Part shown: in pieces, positions 18,190-27,127 of the stretch | Layout of the letters: every line of letters starts with the position of its first letter | How positions within the stretch are numbered: position 1 is the stretch's first letter | Assembly: GCA_963677925.2 (NCBI GenBank) | Contig: CAXXYH010000003.1 | Span: 1,760,001 to 1,824,000, forward strand | DNA length: 64,000 nt | Direction of reading: 5' to 3' | Source of the DNA: Spirochaetia bacterium | Lineage (GTDB): Bacteria; Spirochaetota; Spirochaetia; UBA9216 | Notes under the pieces: generated by a model | Told to the model about the DNA's origin: nothing | Database searches by the model: none | Seen by the model: the letters and a program-made list of their open reading frames with translations, nothing else | Translations under genes and position numbers: made by a program

Positions 18190-19056
18190 TTGAAAAGGAT
18201 TTTAGTAACAGGCAGCAGAGGATTCGTAGGCAGCAGGTTTATCCGTGCATACGGTGATATTTTCAGCATTACCGGGACATCATCTGTGGAACTGGATCTT
18301 AAAAACTACAGTGCAGTGCTTGAGACCTTTAAAAACGTAAAGCCTGATATTGTACTGCACACATCAGCAATCGCCCAGACCGCATACTGCAACGATAATC
18401 CTGAACTCTGCCATGCAGCCAATGTAGATGCTTCACTGAATATAGCCAGGGCATCTGATATCTCAGGAGCAAGATTCGTTTTCCTGAGCACCGAGCAGGT
18501 TTTTAACGGCAACAGCAGTCCCGGTCCCTACAGTGAAACAGATAAAGCAGAGCCTGACACCGTATACGGACAGAACAAGCTTGAAGCCGAAGGACAGATT
18601 CAGGCAGTCTGCAGTGACAGCCTTATACTCCGGCTTACCTGGATGTTCGGTGTACCGGAAAACGGAAGCCCCGTATCCGATAACATCCTATGGGGGACAC
18701 TGAAAAACATCATAAAAGGAAAACCTTTCAAGGTTCCGGACAATGAATACAGGGGTCTCACATATATCGGGGATCTAATAAGGGAATTCAGCAGGATTCT
18801 GGAACTTCCCGCCGGTATTTATCACACAGGCTCAGAAAACAGCCTCAGCAGATATGAAACGGTCCGGCTGATCTTCAATGAAGCAGGCCTCGGGGATAGA
18901 TTTGACGAGCTTGTAATCAGGGATACTGAGAAGTACAGGGATGCAGCCAGGGATATAAGACTTGATACATCAAGGCTGAAATCAGCCGGCATTACATTTC
19001 CTGAAAGCACTGAAGCACTGGCCGCCTGCATCAGAGACTACAGCCTTACCTTCTGA
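18190..19056 (+). CDS. RmlD-like extended SDR (sugar/sugar-nucleotide reductase)
   Basis: ILVTGSRGFVG, FLSTEQVFNG, YGQNK catalytic YxxxK, LILRLTW. Confidence 0.8.
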   Translation: MKRILVTGSRGFVGSRFIRAYGDIFSITGTSSVELDLKNYSAVLETFKNVKPDIVLHTSAIAQTAYCNDNPELCHAANVDASLNIARASDISGARFVFLSTEQVFNGNSSPGPYSETDKAEPDTVYGQNKLEAEGQIQAVCSDSLILRLTWMFGVPENGSPVSDNILWGTLKNIIKGKPFKVPDNEYRGLTYIGDLIREFSRILELPAGIYHTGSENSLSRYETVRLIFNEAGLGDRFDELVIRDTEKYRDAARDIRLDTSRLKSAGITFPESTEALAACIRDYSLTF

Positions 19057-19092
19057 TTGATTGGATCGGCGTTCCCGGTATATTATCTGTTT

Positions 19093-19515
19093 ATGGTAAG
19101 CCCCGATCTTCTTGAAAAAGATATCGAAAAAAGCGGAGTATTCTCATTCTCCAGATCAGCCGGTCCCGGCGGTCAGAACGTCAACAAGGTCAACAGCCGG
19201 GTAACTCTTACTGTTCCGGTTGAAGAGATCTACTCACTCAGTATTGAAGAGAAAGACCGTCTCAGAAGAAAACTGGCAGGAAGAATAAACACAAAGGATG
19301 AGCTGTTCATAAGCGTCCAGCAGGAACGCTCGCAGCTTCGAAACCGTGAAATAGCAGTAGAAAACCTGACCCTGCTGATCTGCGACAGCCTTCGAAGAAA
19401 CAAGAAGCGAAAAAAAACAAAACCCTCACGCGCCGCTGTCGAAGCCCGAATAGCCGACAAAAAACGGCGCGCCGGCATTAAAAAGAACCGTAACTTCAGC
19501 AACGGAGATTATTAA
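19093..19515 (+). CDS. arfB: alternative ribosome-rescue peptidyl-tRNA hydrolase
   Basis: RSAGPGGQNVNKV, ERSQLRNR, basic C-terminal tail RKKTKPS..KKRR. Confidence 0.92.
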   Translation: MVSPDLLEKDIEKSGVFSFSRSAGPGGQNVNKVNSRVTLTVPVEEIYSLSIEEKDRLRRKLAGRINTKDELFISVQQERSQLRNREIAVENLTLLICDSLRRNKKRKKTKPSRAAVEARIADKKRRAGIKKNRNFSNGDY

Positions 19516-19517
19516 CT

Positions 19518-20990
19518 CTAACTGTACTTCTTCAGAAGTCCTGTTTTTTCGTTGAACTCCCTGATTTTATCATCCCACTCATCAGCCTTTGAGAACTGGT
19601 CAGTCCAGTAGGTATCATCGTACCACTGGGCATTGAGCTCTTCGACAGTCTTGCCCTGCTGTTCAACCCAGGTGAAATACTTCAGATTATGCATTCGCTT
19701 GCGCTCATAATAGGTGGTCTCAATCATGTTTTCTGTTCCGCAGCCCATCAGGTATCTCTCGTAGCATACTGCTGCCTTCTCATGACTGTACTTACCGTAT
19801 TTCTGATCATACTCGGCAAGCCTGGACTGATACATCTCCATGGAGTCGGTAGCAAGAGAGAAAACGGTGTCGTTCCCGTTCATCTCATAGTATTTGGCCA
19901 TCTTGACTGCCCCGAGCATGTTTGCAATCGAGGATATTCCCAGATATGGAAGTCTTGCAATTACCTCATCGGCTACCCCCTTCTCTTTAAGGTAGGTCTG
20001 CCCTTCCTTCTCATTGAACAGCCGCATTATTCTGATGACAGCCTCATCATCTATACCGGCAGCCATGTCGGTGTTTTTAAGGTTATGAACCCAGGGTACA
20101 TGCTTGTCGCCGATTCCCTCTATTCTGTGGCCGCCGTAACCGTTGTACAGCAGGGTCGGACACTGAAGCGCCTCACCTGCACAGATCTTAAGCTGTGGGT
20201 GTACTGTTTTCAGATACTCTCCGGAACCAAGAGTACCGGCAGAGCCCTGTGTAAGAAAAAGGGCACTGAATCTCTGGCCCGGCTTTTTGTTTTTATTAAA
20301 AACTTCCTCCATCGCAGGTCCGGTAACAGCATAGTGCCACATCGGGTTGCCGATTTCTGAAAACTGGTTAAGGTTTACTATCTGATCGCCGCGTTCGGCT
20401 TCAAGCTCCTTGCACTTGTCATATATCTCTTTTACATTGCTTTCACAGCCATGGGTTGCAAAGACCTCTGCACCCAGATTATGAAGCCAGTCAAAACGCT
20501 CTTTGGACATCTCTTCCGGCAGAATGGCAATTGAATCACAGCCCAGCAGGCATGAATTGTATACTCCGCCCCGGCAGTAGTTTCCGGTAGACGGCCAGAG
20601 GGCCTTCTGTTCAGTCGGGTCAAAATGGCCTGAAACAAGCTTCTCAACAAGGGGGCCGAATGTCGCGCCGACCTTGTGGGCACCGGTCGGAAAGAATTTT
20701 CCTATCAGAAGAAAAATCCTGGCTTTGACTCCTGTTATCTCTGAAGGCATCTCAATATAGTTTACGCCTCCGAAACCTCCGCCCCTTTCAACCGGCTCAT
20801 TTTTCCATGTTATCCGAAAAAGGTTGAGAGAATTAAGATCCTGCATTCCGACATTTTTAAGCTCATCCGCAATCCCTCCGGGTATCAGTTCAGGATTTTT
20901 CATCTGTGCGTAAGTAGGGATTATGATATTTCTTTCCCTGCATCTTTTAATGGTATTTTCCAGGACCTTGTCGCTTGATTTCATCATCAA
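19518..20990 (-). CDS. fold-type II PLP-dependent enzyme (TrpB/cysteine-synthase superfamily), function unknown
   Basis: FPTGAHKVG (PLP lysine), PSTGNY, GSAGTL, HRIEGIG motifs. Confidence 0.8.
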   Translation of the reverse strand: MMMKSSDKVLENTIKRCRERNIIIPTYAQMKNPELIPGGIADELKNVGMQDLNSLNLFRITWKNEPVERGGGFGGVNYIEMPSEITGVKARIFLLIGKFFPTGAHKVGATFGPLVEKLVSGHFDPTEQKALWPSTGNYCRGGVYNSCLLGCDSIAILPEEMSKERFDWLHNLGAEVFATHGCESNVKEIYDKCKELEAERGDQIVNLNQFSEIGNPMWHYAVTGPAMEEVFNKNKKPGQRFSALFLTQGSAGTLGSGEYLKTVHPQLKICAGEALQCPTLLYNGYGGHRIEGIGDKHVPWVHNLKNTDMAAGIDDEAVIRIMRLFNEKEGQTYLKEKGVADEVIARLPYLGISSIANMLGAVKMAKYYEMNGNDTVFSLATDSMEMYQSRLAEYDQKYGKYSHEKAAVCYERYLMGCGTENMIETTYYERKRMHNLKYFTWVEQQGKTVEELNAQWYDDTYWTDQFSKADEWDDKIREFNEKTGLLKKYS

Positions 20991-21174
20991 CCTCTCTGTA
21001 TCAAATAATATTTTAGTTTAACACAGCTTATTCAGCACAGCAACGATGAAAATATCAGCAATTTTTACACAAAATATTTACATTAACATTAATATTTCTT
21101 GCAAATATTTAGCTATACACAATTATATTGCGGCATCCATTATGCAGTATTATAATTAACGAAGGAGGTTCCCC

Positions 21175-22363
21175 ATGAAAATCCTTATTGCAGACAGTCT
21201 GTCTGAAAATGCCGAAAAAAAAACTGAAATCCGCCGGTATGGAAGTCACCTCGGAACCGGGACTTACTGCCGATATCCTGCCGGAAAGAATTGAACCCTT
21301 TGACATCCTTATCGTCCGCTCAACAAAGGTCACTGCGGCGGCGATAGAAGCAGGCAGGAACCTCTCGCTTATCATCAGAGCCGGTGCAGGCGTCAATACA
21401 ATAGACCTGGCAGCCGCGTCAAAGCTTGGAATCCATGTTGCAAACTGTCCGGGCAAAAATACAGCAGCCGTAGCCGAACTTGCAATGGGACTGCTGATTG
21501 CAGTCGACCGGAACATTGCTGCCTGTACCGCCGATTTAAGAGCCGGAATATGGAACAAGAAACTTTACAGCAAGGCAGGAGGCCTGAAAGGCAGAACACT
21601 GGGCATCATAGGGATGGGAGCAATAGGTGCCGCGGTTTCAGAAAGAGCAAAGGGTTTCGGCATGAAAACCGCAGCATGGTCGAGAAGCCTCAATCCTGAA
21701 AAGGCAGAAGAGCTCGGCGTTGAATACTGCAGTACACCTGAAGAACTTGCAGAAATAAGCGACGCGGTTTCGGTGCACCTCGCAGCTTCTGCCGACACAG
21801 TCCACTTCATTGGAACCAGATTCTTCGGTGCCATGAAACCAGGCAGTATCTTTATCAATACTTCAAGGGGTGAAATAGTAGATACAGCGGCCCTGAAGGA
21901 AGCAGTCAAAGCCAGGGGTATAAAAGCGGCTCTTGATGTGTATGAAGATGAACCCTCCGCCTCATCAAAAGAGTTCACAGACACTGAACTTGCCGGGCTG
22001 ATTACCGGAACACACCACATAGGCGCCTCCACAACACAGGCCTCTGAGGCAATTGCAATGGAAACAGTACGTGTCATATCAGAATACCGTCGTACAGGAA
22101 TTCCGCCTAACGTAGTTAACCTCAGAAACAAACCCGAAAATGATATAAACCTGGTTGTAAGACATTTTAATCACGTCGGAGTACTTGCAGGCGTGCTGGA
22201 TGAAATAAGAACAGCCGGTATAAACATAGAAGAAATGCAGAACAGTATATTCGAGGGAGATAAAGCCGCGGTATGTACGATAAAACTTGATGATATACCC
22301 GGAGAGCAGCTGATAAAAACAATCGCAGAATCAGAACATATCATCAATATTTCGGTAAAATAA
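21175..22363 (+). CDS. SerA-like D-2-hydroxyacid/phosphoglycerate dehydrogenase with C-terminal ACT domain; frameshifted as written in an A9 run at 21215-21223
   Basis: GAAGGAGG SD then ATG 21175 MKILIADSLSENAEKK; this frame stops at TGA 21292. The catalytic frame (RAGAG, GMGAIG, INTSRG, DVYEDEP, HIGAST) is +1, and removing one A joins them. Confidence 0.8.
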
Positions 22364-23239
22364 TCAGCCGGCGGCGGACAGGAAGTCACTTATCTCGACG
22401 GTACGGCCGATGATGACATGACCGGTCTCCGGCAGCAGATTTATTTGAGCCCCTGAAACAAAGGTTCTCAGCCTTTCTGCTGATTTTTCAGTATCAAGCA
22501 GAACATCATGATCGCCCCCGAAATACTGGACGGGCATTTTAAGTTTTTTAAGTTCTTCATCAGAAAAGACGGGGATGGGAGCTGTCATCGGTATAAAATG
22601 CTTTGAAACAAGGCGACCGAAAGCAGCAGCCTCTTCCCCTGTATCGGTCTTGTAGCATATAAGCCTGTCAAGTTTTTTTGCACCCCGCTCACCAAGCAGC
22701 ATAAGCGGCAATGCCCGAAAGAGGAAACTCAATCTTGCAGCAGCAAGCCCGGAGGCTGTAAGAAGGCTCAGAGCCCTCACCTTTTCGGGAAACATAACCG
22801 CGTACTGCAGGGCCGCGAATCCGCCGAGAGACTGTCCGACTATGCAGACTTTTTCGCTTCCTCCGCAGTATTCAACGGTTCTCTGCAGCCAGAGCCTGAA
22901 TTCTTCACTGCCTGGAACAAAGCTTAAATCAGAACTCAAGCCCGGCTGTCCGGGAATGTCGACCGCGAATATCCTGAATGCGCCGGACCACTGTTCCACA
23001 TCTCCCATCCATGCAGCACTGTTGCTGGAAGTACCGTGAAGCAGAATTAAAATTGGAGCGTCTTTCCTTCCGAATTCGATTATATGAGTCATAACTGTAC
23101 TTGCACCTGCTCCGGTCTGATTTAACTCTATCGGAACAACTTTCCGGCTATTCTCCACCGGCCATTTCTCAAGGATTTTTCCATACTCAGAATTAACCTC
23201 AGCCTTCCCTTCAGGGGATCTGAAAACAGACTTACTCAT
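22364..23239 (-). CDS. alpha/beta hydrolase
   Basis: LLHG, DIPGQPG, GQSLGG nucleophile elbow, DVLL, TGH. Confidence 0.88.
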   Translation of the reverse strand: MSKSVFRSPEGKAEVNSEYGKILEKWPVENSRKVVPIELNQTGAGASTVMTHIIEFGRKDAPILILLHGTSSNSAAWMGDVEQWSGAFRIFAVDIPGQPGLSSDLSFVPGSEEFRLWLQRTVEYCGGSEKVCIVGQSLGGFAALQYAVMFPEKVRALSLLTASGLAAARLSFLFRALPLMLLGERGAKKLDRLICYKTDTGEEAAAFGRLVSKHFIPMTAPIPVFSDEELKKLKMPVQYFGGDHDVLLDTEKSAERLRTFVSGAQINLLPETGHVIIGRTVEISDFLSAAG

Positions 23240-23693
23240 CAGACTGCTCCCCTATCAGCGGTTCAAGCATTTTCATGATGCTGCTTATAAAAGCAGGACT
23301 GCCGTAAAGAACAAACCTTGCCGTACCTGTTTCAGGATCATGAATAAAATCATATCGAGTCTTTCCCCAGGAAGGATCCTTACAGTTAAGAAGAGCGATT
23401 ATTGTATTAGAAATCCGGGAAGCCTCAGCCCTGCCGGCTTCAGAAAGTTCAATTACAGCCGAAACCCTTACACGATTACTGACAGGCTCACTAGTCCGGA
23501 TATTCGGAATTTCCGGCTGCAGCTCCGTAAGTTCGGCATGGGTATAGGCTTTCAGTGCATCGGCCCTGACCTTCCAGGCCCGGCCGATTTTAACCGCAGC
23601 TATCTTACCCTCCCGAATAAATCTCTGCACCGTCTTCTCATGAAGACCCAGAAGTTCAGATATCTCACTTACTGAATATAGCTTATTTTCCAT
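23232..23693 (-). CDS. excisionase-like (HTH_17) DNA-binding protein with an additional C-terminal domain
   Basis: YSVSEISELLGLHEKTVQRFIREGKIAAVKIGRAWKV; overlaps the hydrolase start. Confidence 0.8.
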   Translation of the reverse strand: MENKLYSVSEISELLGLHEKTVQRFIREGKIAAVKIGRAWKVRADALKAYTHAELTELQPEIPNIRTSEPVSNRVRVSAVIELSEAGRAEASRISNTIIALLNCKDPSWGKTRYDFIHDPETGTARFVLYGSPAFISSIMKMLEPLIGEQSDE

Positions 23694-23701
23694 AATAGGC
23701 T

Positions 23702-23740
23702 CCTTACATTACTTATTATTACCTATTATTCCTTTCAAAG
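23702..23740. repeat. ~10-bp-period direct repeats in the HTH_17 gene promoter
   Basis: CCTTACATT / ACTTATTATT / ACCTATTATT / CCTTTCAAAG in tandem, overlapping a TTGACT-17-TAATAA promoter on the minus strand. Confidence 0.5.
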
Positions 23741-23821
23741 TCAAGGACTATGCGTTCTATCTGAAGAGATTGTTTTGAGTCTTATAAGTATAGATATAGA
23801 CTTTTTATCGAAATAAGCTGG

Positions 23822-24631
23822 TTATATCTCTTTCTGACTGTTTCCCAGATGCTTGAGAGCCTGAGATACTGTCCATCCTTCATGCACAACACCGGCCATT
23901 GCTTCGATCATTACAGCCGGATTCCGGTACTGCCAGATATTACGTCCCATTGCGATGCCGGCTCCGCCCGCCTGAACAGAATAATAAACCTCAGTCATAA
24001 TCTGCTCGATACTGTCGGTTTTAGCTCCGCCGAGAATTACGATAGGAACAAGGCATCCCTCAACAACCCGTGAAAAAAGATCAGGATCTCCGCAGTAATA
24101 GGTTTTTACCACATCGGCACCTATTTCAGCTGCCGCACGGGCGGCAAGCTTTACACCATCAGGATCGGAGGGCTTTCTCTCGGCTCCGGCAGGAATTGCT
24201 TCAATAAGCATGGGCAGTTCCCACTGCTCGCAGCTGTCGGCCGTCAGCGAGGCCTGTCTGGTAAAATATCCCTCACGGGGATGTCCAAACTTAACGGTTA
24301 CTGCTGCACCGCAGGCCCCGAAACGCAGGGCTGTCTCGGCAGTTGATATCATCTCTTCCTCGAACTTCCCTCCCAGAACAGTGAATCCGCCGGTAAGACG
24401 CAGAATCAGGCCCAGCCCCCTGTCGAAGGAAGAGGCTGCAGCACGTGCAAACCCTCTGGTTGTCAACACAGCATCAGCGCCGGAGTCAGAACAGCAGGAT
24501 ATAAGTTCGCCTGGATGATTGATACCCTCCATCGGGCCGGCAATGCCGCCGTGATCGATAGCAACTACAACGGTCCTGCCGGTATCCTTACGGAATATGG
24601 AATTCATTCTTATTCGTTTACCAGTATTCAT
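23822..24631 (-). CDS. class I aldolase, DhnA/FbaB/LsrF family
   Basis: AIDHG, AAEIGADVVKTYY (Schiff-base Lys), PIVILGG, GIAMGRNIWQ. Confidence 0.88.
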   Translation of the reverse strand: MNTGKRIRMNSIFRKDTGRTVVVAIDHGGIAGPMEGINHPGELISCCSDSGADAVLTTRGFARAAASSFDRGLGLILRLTGGFTVLGGKFEEEMISTAETALRFGACGAAVTVKFGHPREGYFTRQASLTADSCEQWELPMLIEAIPAGAERKPSDPDGVKLAARAAAEIGADVVKTYYCGDPDLFSRVVEGCLVPIVILGGAKTDSIEQIMTEVYYSVQAGGAGIAMGRNIWQYRNPAVMIEAMAGVVHEGWTVSQALKHLGNSQKEI

Positions 24632-24641
24632 TTACACCCCT

Positions 24642-26072
24642 TTATTTCACCGAGAGTTTTTTAAAAATATCCTTAAGCGAAGTATATGACTCCCTGTAGA
24701 TCCCGAAGAGATCATCATAGAGCTGTTTCTTACCGGAATCGGGAATATATTCACCTGTTATACGGACAATCCTGTCTGCGGTTTCTGCAAGATTGTCTGT
24801 TTCACCAAGGGCTTTCAAAGCGATAGACAGATCACCCAGAAGTTCTGATTCAAAGGATTCCGGAACAAGAAGCCTCCTGCCGGAGATATCAGCCTTAATC
24901 TGATTCCACAGGGGATTAACAGCAGGACGGCCGGTAATCCGAAGCTCATCAACTAGAGAATCATTCTCTTCCATGACACTGATTACATCACGAATTGCAA
25001 AACCTGTAGATTCAAGCACTGCTCGTACCATGTCGCCGCGTTTATGCTGCAGACCAAGTCCTATAAAGGCTCCCCTGGCAAAGGGGTCCCAGTGCGGGGC
25101 ACGTTCCCCCGAAAGGTAGGGAAGAAAAATAAGCCTGTCTGCTCCAGCTGTCGAAGATTCAGCCTCTCGGACAACGGCTTCAATTTCGGACTCAGCCGCA
25201 AACGCCGTCTGCTTTATCCACTCCAGGGCCTTTCCCGAAGTTGAGATTATCCCTGAGACATTGAACCAGGGCTCGATCACATGTCCGTATCCCATAAGCC
25301 TCGGGTCGGTTATATATTTCTCTGTGCACAGGTTAATGCCTTCAGAAGTTCCGCAGCGGTCACAGGCCCGTCCCGGATACACAGCTCCGGTCCCGAGCAG
25401 GGAAACAACAAAGTCCGGCCCGGCTGATATTACAGGGATTCCCTGAGGCAGGTTCGATTCAACAGCCCCTTTTGCAGTAATCCGGCCTGCAATATGCCCG
25501 GGTTTTACAAAATCAGGAAATTTCGATTTATCAAGTCCAAGCCGGCTTATGAGCTTGGTGCTCCAGAAGTATTTCTCGAAATGCAGGCCCGGAAGAATAG
25601 TAACGGCCTCGCCGGTTAGACGGAAAACCACTGATTCCGGACAGGACAGAAACCAGGCTGTTTTATCGTAGACTTCCGGAAGATTATCTGAAATCCAGAG
25701 CGCCTTCGGCAGGTAGAAGCTGGGATCTATACGGAAGTCATTCACTGAAGCAATCCGGTCAGACTGTTCCGTACCGCGCCTGTCCATCCAGCTCATTACA
25801 GGCTTTAAAAATCTGCCCCCATTATCAACAGGAACAAGAGTCGGTCCGTTTCCGCTAACAACCAGAGCGCGGGGAGCATCATTCATTCCTCTCAGCAGTT
25901 CTGCCGAAACAGACGCTATAGCACTCATCCACTCATCAGGGTCAGCCTCATGATGCCCGGGCGACGGAACCGAAGAGCTCAGACGCCTCACAGCCAGAGA
26001 AATTATCTTCCCGGCCTCACCCAGCAGGGCGGCCTTAAGAACCGTTGTTCCTATATCAAATGCAAGTATCAT
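24642..26072 (-). CDS. FGGY-family carbohydrate kinase (xylulokinase-like)
   Basis: FDIGTT, SWMDRR, GTS, FLPYLSGERAPHWD, RAVLE, WNQIKADI. Confidence 0.9.
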   Translation of the reverse strand: MILAFDIGTTVLKAALLGEAGKIISLAVRRLSSSVPSPGHHEADPDEWMSAIASVSAELLRGMNDAPRALVVSGNGPTLVPVDNGGRFLKPVMSWMDRRGTEQSDRIASVNDFRIDPSFYLPKALWISDNLPEVYDKTAWFLSCPESVVFRLTGEAVTILPGLHFEKYFWSTKLISRLGLDKSKFPDFVKPGHIAGRITAKGAVESNLPQGIPVISAGPDFVVSLLGTGAVYPGRACDRCGTSEGINLCTEKYITDPRLMGYGHVIEPWFNVSGIISTSGKALEWIKQTAFAAESEIEAVVREAESSTAGADRLIFLPYLSGERAPHWDPFARGAFIGLGLQHKRGDMVRAVLESTGFAIRDVISVMEENDSLVDELRITGRPAVNPLWNQIKADISGRRLLVPESFESELLGDLSIALKALGETDNLAETADRIVRITGEYIPDSGKKQLYDDLFGIYRESYTSLKDIFKKLSVK

Positions 26073-27094
26073 AATTCAGTACCAAGAAGAACTCTCTGAG
26101 TATCAGGACTCATAGCCGCCTTTATGCCGTCCTCAAGCCCGTCAAACCCGATAATCCGGCTTATAAGGGGCTTCACATCAATCTTTCCGAACGACAGCAT
26201 CCTTGATGCCTGCAGGAAGTCAGTTTCGGTCCGGCCCTCGGTACCGGTTACAGTTATTTCATTTCTGTGCAGAAAATTCAGATCCACCGGCAGAGCCGGC
26301 TTATCCATCGTGTAGGCTGTATAGATATTTACCCGCCCGTCTTTTCTGATCGCCGAAAAAGCGTTTTCAAGTGCTGAAAAGGCAGGGCTGGCAACCACAC
26401 AGGCATCAGCCCCGACCCCTCCGGTAAGATCCATTATGACTGATACAATATCCTGTTTTGACGGATTAACTGTAAAGTCTGCTCCCATTTCTGATGCAAG
26501 CGCCAGCCTTGCATCATTCACATCAGAAACAGTAACCCGTGCACCCATGGCCAGAGCTGCCTTGAGATGCATCAGCCCCATGGGACCAGCACCGATAATG
26601 AGCAGATCCTCGGATATCTGAAGATCTATCTTTTTAAGAGAGCGGATGCAGCAGGCAAGAGGTTCGGTGAAAGCAGCCTGTTCCAGTGGAAGTTCCGAAG
26701 GTACTTTATACAGCTGTTCAGGCTTCAGAGAGGCAAGTTCAGAGAATCCGCCGAGGGGTTTCAGCCGTCTGTCAAAACGGTTAAGACACATATTGCTCTG
26801 TCCCCTGCGGCAGTAATAACACTCATGACAGCGGTAAACCATATCTATAGCTACGTGATCACCGGGTTTGATCGAAGTAATCACATCATCACCTACATAT
26901 TCAACTATTCCGGAAGCTTCATGACCTGGGATGATAGGATAGTATATCTTCATTTCACCCGAATAAAGTCTCTGCTCAAGTGTGCATATACCGCAGTATT
27001 TTATTCTTACAAGGACCTCAGTTGATTTTGGTACCGGGTCTGCAGCATTTACGATTTCTATACTGCCCGGAGCATTCAGGACCGCTGTTCTCAT
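26069..27094 (-). CDS. zinc-dependent alcohol/polyol dehydrogenase (sorbitol dehydrogenase-like)
   Basis: CGIC, GHEASG, CHECYYCRRGQSNMC structural zinc, EPLAC, GAGPMG. Confidence 0.9.
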   Translation of the reverse strand: MRTAVLNAPGSIEIVNAADPVPKSTEVLVRIKYCGICTLEQRLYSGEMKIYYPIIPGHEASGIVEYVGDDVITSIKPGDHVAIDMVYRCHECYYCRRGQSNMCLNRFDRRLKPLGGFSELASLKPEQLYKVPSELPLEQAAFTEPLACCIRSLKKIDLQISEDLLIIGAGPMGLMHLKAALAMGARVTVSDVNDARLALASEMGADFTVNPSKQDIVSVIMDLTGGVGADACVVASPAFSALENAFSAIRKDGRVNIYTAYTMDKPALPVDLNFLHRNEITVTGTEGRTETDFLQASRMLSFGKIDVKPLISRIIGFDGLEDGIKAAMSPDTQRVLLGTEL

Positions 27095-27127
27095 TTAAAA
27101 TCTCCACTTCTGCTAATCTTATCATAA

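Noticed and set aside
23232-23693. Prophage/ICE excisionase
   Set aside because: No integrase, att-like repeat, tRNA or phage genes nearby; it is coupled to a hydrolase.
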